From a virus, in the IMG/VR virus record IMGVR_UViG_3300020205_002210, positions 57,250 to 121,249 of that record: DNA of 64,000 bases. The stretch is one strand, 5' to 3'. Of this stretch, positions 55,519-64,000 are shown one piece after another (positions within the stretch are counted from its first letter, which is position 1; each line of letters starts with the position of its first letter). Position numbers and translations under genes: made by a program. The notes below the pieces were generated by a model that did no database searches, was not told where the DNA came from, and saw nothing but the letters and a program-made list of their open reading frames with translations.

Positions 55519-56124
55519 ATGCAAGTTATACACCACGGTATCAGTCTTAAAGTCACCGATTCATCATCCAAACATGTTCCAACATCAAACCCAGGAATTG
55601 AACATGCTGGACCAAATGCAAAAAAACACCTAGAAAATCATAGGAAATCAATTCTCAAAAAATATCCAGAATTGAAAAAAGCATCGAATTCCTCAGAGAG
55701 AAAGGGTATGTTAAAAGCAAACCCTTCAATGCAAGCTCACGTAAAACAAAAAAATCATGAAACTTTGAATAAAATTGCTAAAGATTTACATCACCATTTA
55801 TCAACAACATCAAAATCGGAACTGGTGCATCACATAAAACATGTATTGCATTCAAAAAGTACACCAATGGAAAAAGAAGGTCATAAACACATTAGACACG
55901 TTTCTTATACCACTAAAAATGGCCATGAACACAGTTCTATGAATCCGGGCACACACCACGAACACATTTATAATGATCCACATAATATTTCTGTTCACCA
56001 CAGTGGTTCTTCGGTACACTTTAAATACAAGGGAAAAACATTTGGTCGACATGCAATCAAATTTAGTTCTCAAAGTGATCCAATGAGTTCAGTGAAAGGT
56101 TCGGGCCAAACTTCCGGCAATTAA
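55519..56124 (+). CDS. C-terminal part of the split nuclease, very His-rich
   Basis: GISLKV completes D...(S)xK; ~28 His in 201 aa. Confidence 0.55.
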   Translation: MQVIHHGISLKVTDSSSKHVPTSNPGIEHAGPNAKKHLENHRKSILKKYPELKKASNSSERKGMLKANPSMQAHVKQKNHETLNKIAKDLHHHLSTTSKSELVHHIKHVLHSKSTPMEKEGHKHIRHVSYTTKNGHEHSSMNPGTHHEHIYNDPHNISVHHSGSSVHFKYKGKTFGRHAIKFSSQSDPMSSVKGSGQTSGN

Positions 56125-56125
56125 T

Positions 56126-57928
56126 ATGAAAAAGTTTTTAGAAAAAGTACAAGACGATGCAAAAACACACACGCCTGTGGTACTGGCGTTCGGCCGAATG
56201 AATCCTCCAACCACTGGTCACGAAATACTGGTTAACAGAGTGAAACAACTGGCCAAAGATTATAAAGCACCACATCATATTATTGTGTCACATTCTTTGG
56301 ATGCCAAGAAAAACCCATTAGAACTTGCAACTAAAATTAAACACGCAAAGAGATTCTTTCCTGGTGCAAACATAACCGGTTCAAGTAAAGAGAAACCAAC
56401 ATTTTTACAACATGCATCTGCATTACACCAAGCAGGCCACGACCACTTAATAATGGTTGCAGGTTCAGACCGTATTCCAGAATATGAAAATAAATTACAT
56501 CAGTATAATGGTGTGGGTACTGGTAAACTATTCAATTTTAAAAAGATTGATGTTAAGTCTGCTGGCCAGCGTGACCCTGATGCTGAAGGTGCAGAAGGTA
56601 TGTCAGCATCTAAAATGCGTGAACATGCAAAGAGTGGTGATTTCAATTCATTCAGACAAGGTGTTCCTTCACATGTTCCAGAAAAACACGCAAAAGAATT
56701 GTTCCGTGATGTTCGAAAAGGTATGGGGTTAAATGAAGATACCAATCGTGGGTTATTCAAAGCCATCTTCCTGACTGGTGGACCAGGTTCAGGTAAAGAT
56801 GTTGTTATACGAGAAGCAATTGCTGAACAAAAATTTGTAGAGTTGAACTCCGTACAGGCGTTCGACTATTTGATGGATAAACAAAAGTTAGCTGAGAAGA
56901 CTAATGACTACCGTAGAGAGTCCATACGCAATCGTGGACCATTAATTATCAATGGACCGGCCGATGACCATTCCAGAATAATTAGAATTAAAGAAGAGTT
57001 GGAAGAGTTGGGTTATGAAACTTCCATGGTATTCGTTGATACTACAGACACAGCCAGTAAAGAGCGTAATGAACGATTAGCAAAAATGATTGCTGAATCG
57101 GTCAGGTATGATAAGTGGAAACTTTCACAGACATGTAAAGAGTCCTACCGTCAAATATTTGAAAACTTTATAGATTTCGATAATAGCGGTTCATATGAGA
57201 GTTTGGAGGAAGTTATTAGTGACACCTACGAACAAATAAATACATTCGTTGAGAACAGAAATTATAATAGGATTGCGTTCTCTTGGTTGGAAAACAGTGG
57301 TAAAGTTAATATCACTGAGTCTGTTAAATCATTATTTAAGGAAAATGAAAATGTTAAGAAAACTTCTAGATTTTTTGAAAATTACAAAACCAGAGGCACC
57401 AGCCGAAGTGGTACAACCATCAAGCCAGCCGGAGGTCCAAAAGCCGACAATCTCGGAGACATTGCCGCAGACAATCGAGCCGCCGATCCAAACGCAGACA
57501 ACATCAAGTGGGACGCCTCAAAACGAAGAGGTGGTTACAACTTCAGAACCTACACCGAAGAAGTCCCAAGCATCAAAGTCTTCCCAGAGCCAAAAGAAAG
57601 CAACTTCTCCAAAGACAAAGAAAAAATAAAGAAGAAGGGTATGATCGATTCTCCGACAGTTAATCAGAGGATGAGAAACATCACAACAATCGGTCAGGAA
57701 TTTGATACAAGGACGCAGGGAACGGTTTATGCAATGTCTGGTCTCGGTGATGTAACTTATAGAGAACAGTTTGACTTTAAAGGTTTCAGAGAATCGTATA
57801 TGGATCCATCTGATTCCGAAATGGGTTTTGCTGGTACAGCAGGAAATGCAACAAACAAAGAGCCTATGGAAAATCCAAAAGATAAACTGGGTTACGATTA
57901 TATCAATAAGAAAAAGAAGAAAAAATGA
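56126..57928 (+). CDS. HxGH cytidylyltransferase-like domain fused to zeta-toxin-like P-loop kinase
   Basis: FGRMNPPTTGH, VAGSDR, MSASKMR; TGGPGSGKD, MVFVDT...ERN..R. Confidence 0.8.
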   Translation: MKKFLEKVQDDAKTHTPVVLAFGRMNPPTTGHEILVNRVKQLAKDYKAPHHIIVSHSLDAKKNPLELATKIKHAKRFFPGANITGSSKEKPTFLQHASALHQAGHDHLIMVAGSDRIPEYENKLHQYNGVGTGKLFNFKKIDVKSAGQRDPDAEGAEGMSASKMREHAKSGDFNSFRQGVPSHVPEKHAKELFRDVRKGMGLNEDTNRGLFKAIFLTGGPGSGKDVVIREAIAEQKFVELNSVQAFDYLMDKQKLAEKTNDYRRESIRNRGPLIINGPADDHSRIIRIKEELEELGYETSMVFVDTTDTASKERNERLAKMIAESVRYDKWKLSQTCKESYRQIFENFIDFDNSGSYESLEEVISDTYEQINTFVENRNYNRIAFSWLENSGKVNITESVKSLFKENENVKKTSRFFENYKTRGTSRSGTTIKPAGGPKADNLGDIAADNRAADPNADNIKWDASKRRGGYNFRTYTEEVPSIKVFPEPKESNFSKDKEKIKKKGMIDSPTVNQRMRNITTIGQEFDTRTQGTVYAMSGLGDVTYREQFDFKGFRESYMDPSDSEMGFAGTAGNATNKEPMENPKDKLGYDYINKKKKKK

Positions 57929-58146
57929 AAACCTTTTCAAATTTCGTTAAAGAATCTACACAGGCGACTGTTGACCAAGATTCAGCTGAATTAGAAAGAC
58001 AAAAACAACATTTGCTTGACAAAGCCAAAGAATATTCGGATCAAGCTGATCGTGAAAACCAATTTGGCCATGGCGGTGCTGCGAGAGCCAAAGCTGATAC
58101 CTTTACTGCAGCTGCAAAAAATATATCTAACAATAACGGAGAATAA
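57925..58146 (+). CDS. Small putative internal head protein
   Basis: MKTFSNFVKE CTS-like start. Confidence 0.6.
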   Translation: MKTFSNFVKESTQATVDQDSAELERQKQHLLDKAKEYSDQADRENQFGHGGAARAKADTFTAAAKNISNNNGE

Positions 58147-58148
58147 AA

Positions 58149-59054
58149 ATGATTAACTTAAAAAAAGATGATGCAGTTGCTGACGCTATTAGAGAAATTC
58201 TACAACAAGAAGCTCTCAAAGGCGACCAACACGAAATTGATGCAAACAAAAATAATAAAATTGATCCACACGACTTCAAATTACTACGTGCTAAAAAAGA
58301 AGTAAAGAAGGAAGAAGTTGAAGTAGTATATGAAGCAAATATTGAACCAACAAGCGCAAAGTCGAGATCACATATAAGTAATCTGTCAAACCCAATTACA
58401 AATACTGTGACTCATCCTAGTTCAGGCAAAGAAATTGGTATCATCACTAAGCAGCCAAGCGGAGAATATTACGCTCATCATTCAGCCGCAAAATTGTCAC
58501 ACGCAGAAAGTGGTACATTTGATAGTAAGGACAAGGCTCATCAGTTTATTCGTAACGCTCATGCCAAAGCTATTAAAAATAACACGTTGAGTGATAGATG
58601 GAATAAACAAAAAAAGTTACCACAATTTGCTAAAGAAGAAGTTGAACAGCTTGATGAATTGTCAAAGTCTACTCTTGGTTCTTATACTAAGAAAGCTTCC
58701 CGTGATGCTACGATTACTCGTAAAATTGGAGCTGACTTTGAAAATGATGCCAAACGATCAAGAAGTCCTGGTATGAAAGCTGCTGCTAATTCGCTTTCTG
58801 ACAAGTATAAGTCCAAATCTTGGAAGCGTAAAGCTGGTATTGATAAAGCGGTTGATCGTTTGACTAAAGAAGATGTTGAGGGTGTAAAACTGAAGACACT
58901 CAGCCAATTCAAAGAAGGTTGGAGTGAAATGCTGGCAGATGTTAAAAAGCGCGCAGAGCCACAACCATCAGGTGGTTCCGGCATCAAGCAAGGTTCACGC
59001 TATGGTGGAAGTAAACAGAAACCAGAAAAACCAGAAGACGAAAAAAAAAAGTAA
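58149..59054 (+). CDS. Putative internal head protein; probable -1 frameshift extension to 59200
   Basis: Lys/Glu-rich, LDELSKSTLGSYTKKA motif; ends on A-AAA-AAG-TAA. Confidence 0.65.
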   Translation: MINLKKDDAVADAIREILQQEALKGDQHEIDANKNNKIDPHDFKLLRAKKEVKKEEVEVVYEANIEPTSAKSRSHISNLSNPITNTVTHPSSGKEIGIITKQPSGEYYAHHSAAKLSHAESGTFDSKDKAHQFIRNAHAKAIKNNTLSDRWNKQKKLPQFAKEEVEQLDELSKSTLGSYTKKASRDATITRKIGADFENDAKRSRSPGMKAAANSLSDKYKSKSWKRKAGIDKAVDRLTKEDVEGVKLKTLSQFKEGWSEMLADVKKRAEPQPSGGSGIKQGSRYGGSKQKPEKPEDEKKK

Positions 59055-59200
59055 CTGAAAGCCAGGGTCCGACCAGTCAAACGGAAGTTCCCTTTGTTAC
59101 AAACAATTGTCCGCCAATGATTGATGCAAAGAAATTGGCCAAAAAATCTTTAACTAGAATCAGAAGCGAGATGATGGGTAAAGCTGGTACATCCGAATAA
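59045..59200 (+). other. Candidate programmed -1 ribosomal frameshift site and extension frame
   Basis: A AAA AAG heptamer, downstream stem-loop, -1 frame open for 49 codons up to the next gene's RBS. Confidence 0.55.
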
Positions 59201-59208
59201 GGTCAAAA

Positions 59209-59988
59209 ATGAGCAACTCGAAATTATTAAAATCTATAATTAAGAAGACATTGCCGAACGATGTAACTCCATCATTTGGCACTGATCCTAAAGATCCGTG
59301 GTCCGCAAAAGCAAATATTGCAGAAGAGTTAGATATGTCTGAAAGTGAATCGAGTATTCTTTCTAGATATTTAAAATCTAGAGGACTTAACCCTGAATTC
59401 GCTTCAAAAGACCAGAAAATTGCACATTCTAAAACTGGCCAATTCATTAAATGGAAACGCGACCACATGTTGGAATCCGATACAAATTATGGTCCAGAAT
59501 ACCAAGACAAAGTAAAGAGTGTTGGTATTAAAGCTAAACAAGGACCAATGAAAACGGTTTGGGTTCCAGCCAAGTATGGCACAGGTGGCCAGTACAAGGT
59601 TGTGCCTGTCGGTAACATAAAGGAATATATGGAACCAATGGCTGCAACACAATCACCTGGTGATGGTGCAAATAGTCCAGATGATGTTGAACCGATGCCT
59701 AAAGGTAAAAAACTGATTACAATGTCAAAGTCAGCCAGTATAGTCAAAGGATTATATAAGAGTCCGACTATAAAAGAAGATGCATACGATCCAGAAAAAG
59801 AAGAAAAACCTGCAGCCACAATGGGTAAAAAACCAAAGATGCAAAAAGACCCGGAAGACACCACTTCTGGCAAACCTTTGGCTGCTGCGATTATGTCAGG
59901 TGGAAAAACACTAACTGGTACTCCCAGAGATGTGATTGAAATTGATCCGTTGGTGATACCTCGCCGACCAGATTCCGAAAAACGATAA
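59209..59988 (+). CDS. Hypothetical (probable internal head) protein
   Basis: Lys/Pro/Glu-rich with (I/L/M)xE sites; in late cluster. Confidence 0.6.
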   Translation: MSNSKLLKSIIKKTLPNDVTPSFGTDPKDPWSAKANIAEELDMSESESSILSRYLKSRGLNPEFASKDQKIAHSKTGQFIKWKRDHMLESDTNYGPEYQDKVKSVGIKAKQGPMKTVWVPAKYGTGGQYKVVPVGNIKEYMEPMAATQSPGDGANSPDDVEPMPKGKKLITMSKSASIVKGLYKSPTIKEDAYDPEKEEKPAATMGKKPKMQKDPEDTTSGKPLAAAIMSGGKTLTGTPRDVIEIDPLVIPRRPDSEKR

Positions 59989-60023
59989 ATACAAAGATAA
60001 CCCTCGGTTAAAAGGAGAAAAAA

Positions 60024-60890
60024 ATGTCATCTTGGGGAAATAACGATAACGCAGCTAACGCACCATATTGGGCTGTTGAGACAGTAGTTTCAACGAATGC
60101 GCCGACTGCATCCGCACCAACAGCTGCAAATGTTGCATTGCTGTATGGTAATACACAATTCCAGGCATATACACAAGGTATGACTGTTGGATTGTTCATG
60201 GTAGATGCTACAGAAACCACTGCTGGTGGTGATAATGTGGTAGATATCTCATTGTCAAATCAAGGTTCTGGATATGTTGCAGCACCAGGTGTAACTTTCA
60301 GTGGCGGTGGCGGCACAAGTGCTGCAGCTACTGCTTCTATTGCCGCCGGTAAAATTTCTAACATCACAATTACTAACGTAGGTTCTGGTTACACATCAAA
60401 TCCAACAATTACAATTGGCCAACCCAATTTAGTTATTCCAATAGATCAAGTTATTGTTGCAAACAACGTAATAATGTATACTGGCCATGGACAAGCAAAT
60501 AGTGCTGCTCTAGTTTATAACTGGAATGGTTCTGCAAACATTGGTGGTCTACTAAATGGTACAACATACTTTGTTGCTCCAGTTGATGCTAACAGATTCT
60601 CATTAGCAACAACTGCTGCTAATGCGGCTAACAATGTTATTATTGACCTTACAACACAAGGTGCTGCAACACAATACTTTGATATTGTTGATGGTGTTCG
60701 TGCAACTGCAATTGCTAGCCGTGGTTTGAGTCAAGGTGCTTCTGGTGCTGAACATGCAACACACATTGGCTGGAATTTGAAATCGGTTGGTTCAGGCGGC
60801 CGCGCAGGACGAGTTCAGTACGAAACTCTTGTTGCTTTGTCAAACCCAATTGGTGATGGTTCAGACGATTTATCTTTACCTGACGCTTAA
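60024..60890 (+). CDS. Virion structural protein
   Basis: G.GY...P.VT.SGGGG repeats typical of T4-like structural proteins; C-term H.GW......GGRAGRVQYETLVAL. Confidence 0.7.
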   Translation: MSSWGNNDNAANAPYWAVETVVSTNAPTASAPTAANVALLYGNTQFQAYTQGMTVGLFMVDATETTAGGDNVVDISLSNQGSGYVAAPGVTFSGGGGTSAAATASIAAGKISNITITNVGSGYTSNPTITIGQPNLVIPIDQVIVANNVIMYTGHGQANSAALVYNWNGSANIGGLLNGTTYFVAPVDANRFSLATTAANAANNVIIDLTTQGAATQYFDIVDGVRATAIASRGLSQGASGAEHATHIGWNLKSVGSGGRAGRVQYETLVALSNPIGDGSDDLSLPDA

Positions 60891-60895
60891 TTAAT

Positions 60896-60915
60896 AGGGG
60901 GTTAACTACCCCCCA
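60896..60915 (+). terminator. GC-rich hairpin after the structural gene
   Basis: GGGGG-TTAACTA-CCCCC. Confidence 0.5.
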
Positions 60916-60922
60916 TTTCAAT

Positions 60923-61309
60923 ATGTTTGATAATTTGAATGAAGATAATTTTGTGATGTATGCAATGAAATGTTATACGTCACCACATTGCATTGTCTCG
61001 GAATTTGAGGGAGATATCAAAAGAACGAAATACCTGAAAAGGTTGTTTCGTAGATATAAGATAACCAAGTCACTTAAAGAGAGATTGATTCTCAATCATA
61101 TCATCTTATTAAATAATGTTTTTGGTCCTGAAGCGACTGCAAGAATATTGTTTTATAAGACGGACGAAAGAGACTATGATATACTCAAAACATTTTTGGG
61201 TTATCTGGATATTATGCCCGATTTTGTTTATGGTATAAATGGAAAAACAATAGTATCATCAGAAATACCAATGGACACAAACGTTGTAGAGATATTAAGA
61301 AACATATGA
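60923..61309 (+). CDS. Conserved T4-like hypothetical protein
   Basis: NF..YA.K.Y..P.C...EF..D.KR.KYLKRLF.RY.....LKERLILNHII.L.NVFG. Confidence 0.8.
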   Translation: MFDNLNEDNFVMYAMKCYTSPHCIVSEFEGDIKRTKYLKRLFRRYKITKSLKERLILNHIILLNNVFGPEATARILFYKTDERDYDILKTFLGYLDIMPDFVYGINGKTIVSSEIPMDTNVVEILRNI

Positions 61310-61560
61310 AAACATTTCAAGAGTTTATTAACGAAGACTTGAGACAATGGTTTAAACAGAAGTGGGTTCGCATGGACACCAAAGGAAATATCAAGGGTGA
61401 TTGTGCAAGAGAACCTGGTGAAGGTAAACCAAAATGTCTTCCACAAGCTAAAGCTCATTCGATTGGCAAAGAAGCTCGTGCTTCAGCTGCTCGCAGAAAG
61501 CGTAGAGAAGATCCTAATCCAGAACGCCGAGGTTCACCAATTAATGTTAGAACAAAATGA
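61306..61560 (+). CDS. Small basic putative internal head protein
   Basis: MKTFQEFINE, near-exact T4 CTS. Confidence 0.7.
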   Translation: MKTFQEFINEDLRQWFKQKWVRMDTKGNIKGDCAREPGEGKPKCLPQAKAHSIGKEARASAARRKRREDPNPERRGSPINVRTK

Positions 61561-62252
61561 AAAGACTAAAAGAATTCTTAGAACAAGTTGAAAACTTAGA
61601 AGAAAAAAATGTTCCAACAAGTCCTGAAAAATGGGCTAGGGCTAAGTCTGCTGCTAAATCAAAATTTGCAGTTTATCCTTCTGCTTACGCTAATGGCTGG
61701 GCTTCTAAAAAATATAAAGCTATGGGTGGTGGATGGAAATCCGTTAGTGAGAATCATATTGCTATCGCCATGGGTAAAGAAATGGATGATGAAGGCAGTA
61801 TGATTATGAATCAACTTGACCAAATGCAGAGGTCTATTAATATGATGCGTGATGTGGTTAAGGATCCAAGTATGCAGGTTCCTGCTTGGGTTCAATCTAA
61901 AGTAACATTGGCCGCTGACTACATTGACACAGCTGCAGGTTACATGTCTAGTAAAAATGAAGAAGTTGACCTAGAAGAAACCGCCGCATGGCAACGCAAA
62001 GAAGGTAAAAATCCTTCAGGTGGTTTGAACCAAAAAGGTGTTGATTCTTATCGTAGAGAGAATCCAGGTTCTAAACTAAAGACAGCTGTGACAACAGAAC
62101 CATCAAAGTTAAAAGCTGGTTCAGCTGCAGCGAATCGCCGTAAATCATTTTGTGCTAGAATGTCTGGTATGAAGAAAAGATTAACCTCAGCAAAAACTGC
62201 TAAAGATCCAGATTCACGCATCAACAAATCTCTACGTAAGTGGAACTGTTAA
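61557..62252 (+). CDS. Putative internal head protein with basic C-terminal domain (DUF6321-like)
   Basis: MKRLKEFLE; AAWQRKEGKNPSGGLN...RRKSFCARM...KWNC. Confidence 0.7.
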   Translation: MKRLKEFLEQVENLEEKNVPTSPEKWARAKSAAKSKFAVYPSAYANGWASKKYKAMGGGWKSVSENHIAIAMGKEMDDEGSMIMNQLDQMQRSINMMRDVVKDPSMQVPAWVQSKVTLAADYIDTAAGYMSSKNEEVDLEETAAWQRKEGKNPSGGLNQKGVDSYRRENPGSKLKTAVTTEPSKLKAGSAAANRRKSFCARMSGMKKRLTSAKTAKDPDSRINKSLRKWNC

Positions 62253-62497
62253 TGAAATCATTTCAAGACTATATCACAGAAAAAGGCAGATGTTGGCCTG
62301 GTCATAAACCAGTTCCAGGTAAAAAAGCTTTTACACCGGGTTCTTGTATGAAAGAAGACGGTATAGCTGCTGCACCAACAAATGCTGTTGGTTCCGGGGA
62401 AATTGCTGGAACTGGTGGCACAGCAGGCGAACCAGGTGTTTCTAAGAAACGAAATCCACTAATGTCGTTCTTCAAACGCAAACAACCAAAAATATAA
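62252..62497 (+). CDS. Small putative internal head protein
   Basis: MKSFQDYITE CTS-like start. Confidence 0.65.
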   Translation: MKSFQDYITEKGRCWPGHKPVPGKKAFTPGSCMKEDGIAAAPTNAVGSGEIAGTGGTAGEPGVSKKRNPLMSFFKRKQPKI

Positions 62498-62498
62498 A

Positions 62499-62945
62499 AT
62501 GTGGATTTTATCTTGGTTGCCCAATTGGATTTTTTATGTAATATTCTTTGCAGGTTTATTAGGTTTACTTGCAACTTATGTGATGAAATTTATACCGTTT
62601 GTATACATGTATCGCACACCTATACAAGCGGTTTCTGTATTGGCAATTGCAATCGGAACATATATGTCCGGTGCAATATCCAATGAGGAAGCATGGCAGG
62701 CTCGAGTCAAGGAGATGGAAGCTAAAGTTGCTGCAGCTCAAGTTGAATCTTTGAAGGAAAATGTGAAGATTGTTGAGAAGGTTGTAAAGAAGACAGAGTA
62801 TATAAAAACTCGCGGCCAAGATATTGTGAAGTATGTAGATAAAGAAATTGTTAAGTACGATACAAAGTTTTTGCCTGGCGGCGTTTGTGAAATACCTAAA
62901 GAATTCATAAAAGCACATAATAATGCTGCTGAGGCACCAAAATGA
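62499..62945 (+). CDS. Putative i-spanin (Rz-like)
   Basis: N-terminal TM segments then coiled coil; followed by a lipoprotein and endolysin. Confidence 0.6.
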   Translation: MWILSWLPNWIFYVIFFAGLLGLLATYVMKFIPFVYMYRTPIQAVSVLAIAIGTYMSGAISNEEAWQARVKEMEAKVAAAQVESLKENVKIVEKVVKKTEYIKTRGQDIVKYVDKEIVKYDTKFLPGGVCEIPKEFIKAHNNAAEAPK

Positions 62946-63202
62946 AATACGTAATACTTATTGCATTATTACTTTCTGGTTGCTCGACAACTGTTCCTGT
63001 GACTGCAAAATTCCCGGAAGTTCCAAACAACATAATGGTTAAGTGTGTGCAACTACAGAGTTTATCTGATGATGCCAAATTGAGTGATGTTTCTAAAACA
63101 ATTGCGATTAATTATTCTACTTATTATGAATGTGCTGTGAAAACTGATGCATGGATTGAATGGTATAAAATACAAAAGAACATTTTTGAAAGTGTAAAAT
63201 AA
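62942..63202 (+). CDS. Putative o-spanin lipoprotein (Rz1-like)
   Basis: Lipobox LSGC at residues 11-14. Confidence 0.7.
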   Translation: MKYVILIALLLSGCSTTVPVTAKFPEVPNNIMVKCVQLQSLSDDAKLSDVSKTIAINYSTYYECAVKTDAWIEWYKIQKNIFESVK

Positions 63203-63825
63203 TGGAATTAACTAAACAACAATTGAAGCAACTGCTTCCGAAAAATCCATACATCGACCAATGGCACGATGCATTGTCAAAGTTGTTACCGGATTATTCA
63301 ATCAATACACCACAACGAATTGCAGCTTTTATTGCTCAGTGTGCTCACGAATCCGGTGAGTTCATGGTATTAAAAGAAAACTTAAATTACAAAGCAGCTT
63401 CTCTACGCAAATTGTTTAGTAAATATTTTGCAAACGATGATATTGCAAATGAGTATGCATCTAAACCAAATAAACAGGAAGCAATTGCAAACCGTATATA
63501 CGCCTCGCGCATGGGCAATGGAGATGAATCTTCAGGTGATGGTTTCAAGTTTTGTGGACGTGGACTAATACAATTAACTGGCCGAGACAACTATACATTC
63601 TTTGCGGGTTCATTAAGCATCACAGTAGAAGAAGCATCAGAATATCTACAGACATTTGAAGGTGCTGCACAGTCAGCATGCTGGTTTTGGGAAACAAATA
63701 ACCTAAATCAGTGGGCCGACAAAGGTGATATACTCACATTAACAAAACGAATCAACGGTGGTACTATAGGCCTCGAAGATCGCATTAAGCACTATGAACA
63801 TGCACTACATGTTTTAGGAGTTTAA
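63202..63825 (+). CDS. GH19 endolysin (chitinase/lysozyme-like)
   Basis: AQCAHES, ENLNY, GRGLIQLTGRDNY, TKRINGG. Confidence 0.92.
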   Translation: MELTKQQLKQLLPKNPYIDQWHDALSKLLPDYSINTPQRIAAFIAQCAHESGEFMVLKENLNYKAASLRKLFSKYFANDDIANEYASKPNKQEAIANRIYASRMGNGDESSGDGFKFCGRGLIQLTGRDNYTFFAGSLSITVEEASEYLQTFEGAAQSACWFWETNNLNQWADKGDILTLTKRINGGTIGLEDRIKHYEHALHVLGV

Positions 63826-63826
63826 T

Positions 63827-64000
63827 ATGAAAAAAATTCTATTAGTACTTGCATTGTTACCTTGTTTGGTGTTTGCACAAAAAACACCACAAGGTGTTAC
63901 ATATGACGCACAAATTATCAGAGTAACGGATGGCGATACAGTTGTTATCGCCGCACCCTTTCTACCTGCACCCCTTAAGCCCGAACTTGCGGTACGAGTC
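63827..64000 (+). CDS. Secreted thermonuclease (SNase-like), truncated at window edge
   Basis: AGGAG RBS; signal peptide MKKILLVLALLPCLVFA; IRVTDGDTV motif. Confidence 0.75.
   Translation, partial: MKKILLVLALLPCLVFAQKTPQGVTYDAQIIRVTDGDTVVIAAPFLPAPLKPELAVRV

Noticed and set aside
3928-63590. Many short antisense or nested ORFs in the track (e.g. 9701-10120, 13026-13367, 37799-38158, 57249-57629)
   Set aside because: They lie within well-supported genes, lack RBS and motifs, and look like shadow frames
1-64000. CRISPR array, integrase, transposase, introns or inteins
   Set aside because: No regularly spaced repeats; gp17, gp41, gp43, gp46 and uvsX are of normal length without insertions; no recombinase or transposase motifs seen

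Overview
A 64 kb segment of a large T4-like (Tevenvirinae-like) myovirus genome with a Gram-negative host. The host type is inferred from the spanin-like pair and GH19 endolysin; the gene order and accessory content resemble uncultured freshwater T4-like phages. It uses the standard genetic code. Layout: 0-14.7 kb neck, terminase, tail and head genes (gp14-gp23, gp3). 14.8-29.9 kb recombination, late-transcription and replication genes (uvsY, uvsW, gp55, gp47/46, gp1, gp45/44/62, regA) with accessory genes (TagD-like, def, DruA/DUF4338-like, hsp20, dCMP deaminase). 28.8-35.4 kb array of 28 CCA-encoding tRNAs covering all 20 amino acids, interleaved with non-canonical tRNA-like and structured RNAs. 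35.4-39.7 kb inverted island of exported/membrane proteins. 39.8-47.7 kb gp43, uvsX, gp41, a second DruA-like gene and a PD-(D/E)XK nuclease. 47.7-53.7 kb glycan-biosynthesis island. 53.8-62.5 kb late cluster of proteins starting with a T4 capsid-targeting-like sequence, including ligase-like, nuclease and nucleotidyltransferase-kinase enzymes. 62.5-64 kb lysis genes. The most unusual signals are: a ~200 nt pseudoknotted RNA in the tRNA array; a D-armless Gly-identity mini-tRNA; a long-variable-arm tRNA with anticodon UAU; repeated CCA-abutting stems; a leader-peptide attenuator ahead of the tRNA array; a pseudoknot plus ROSE-like leader ahead of hsp20; a dnaX-type -1 frameshift site; two orphan DruA-like genes; and a putative virion-packaged nucleic-acid-processing enzyme module. 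All family calls and RNA structures were made by eye from motifs and base-pairing; no searches or folding programs were run.
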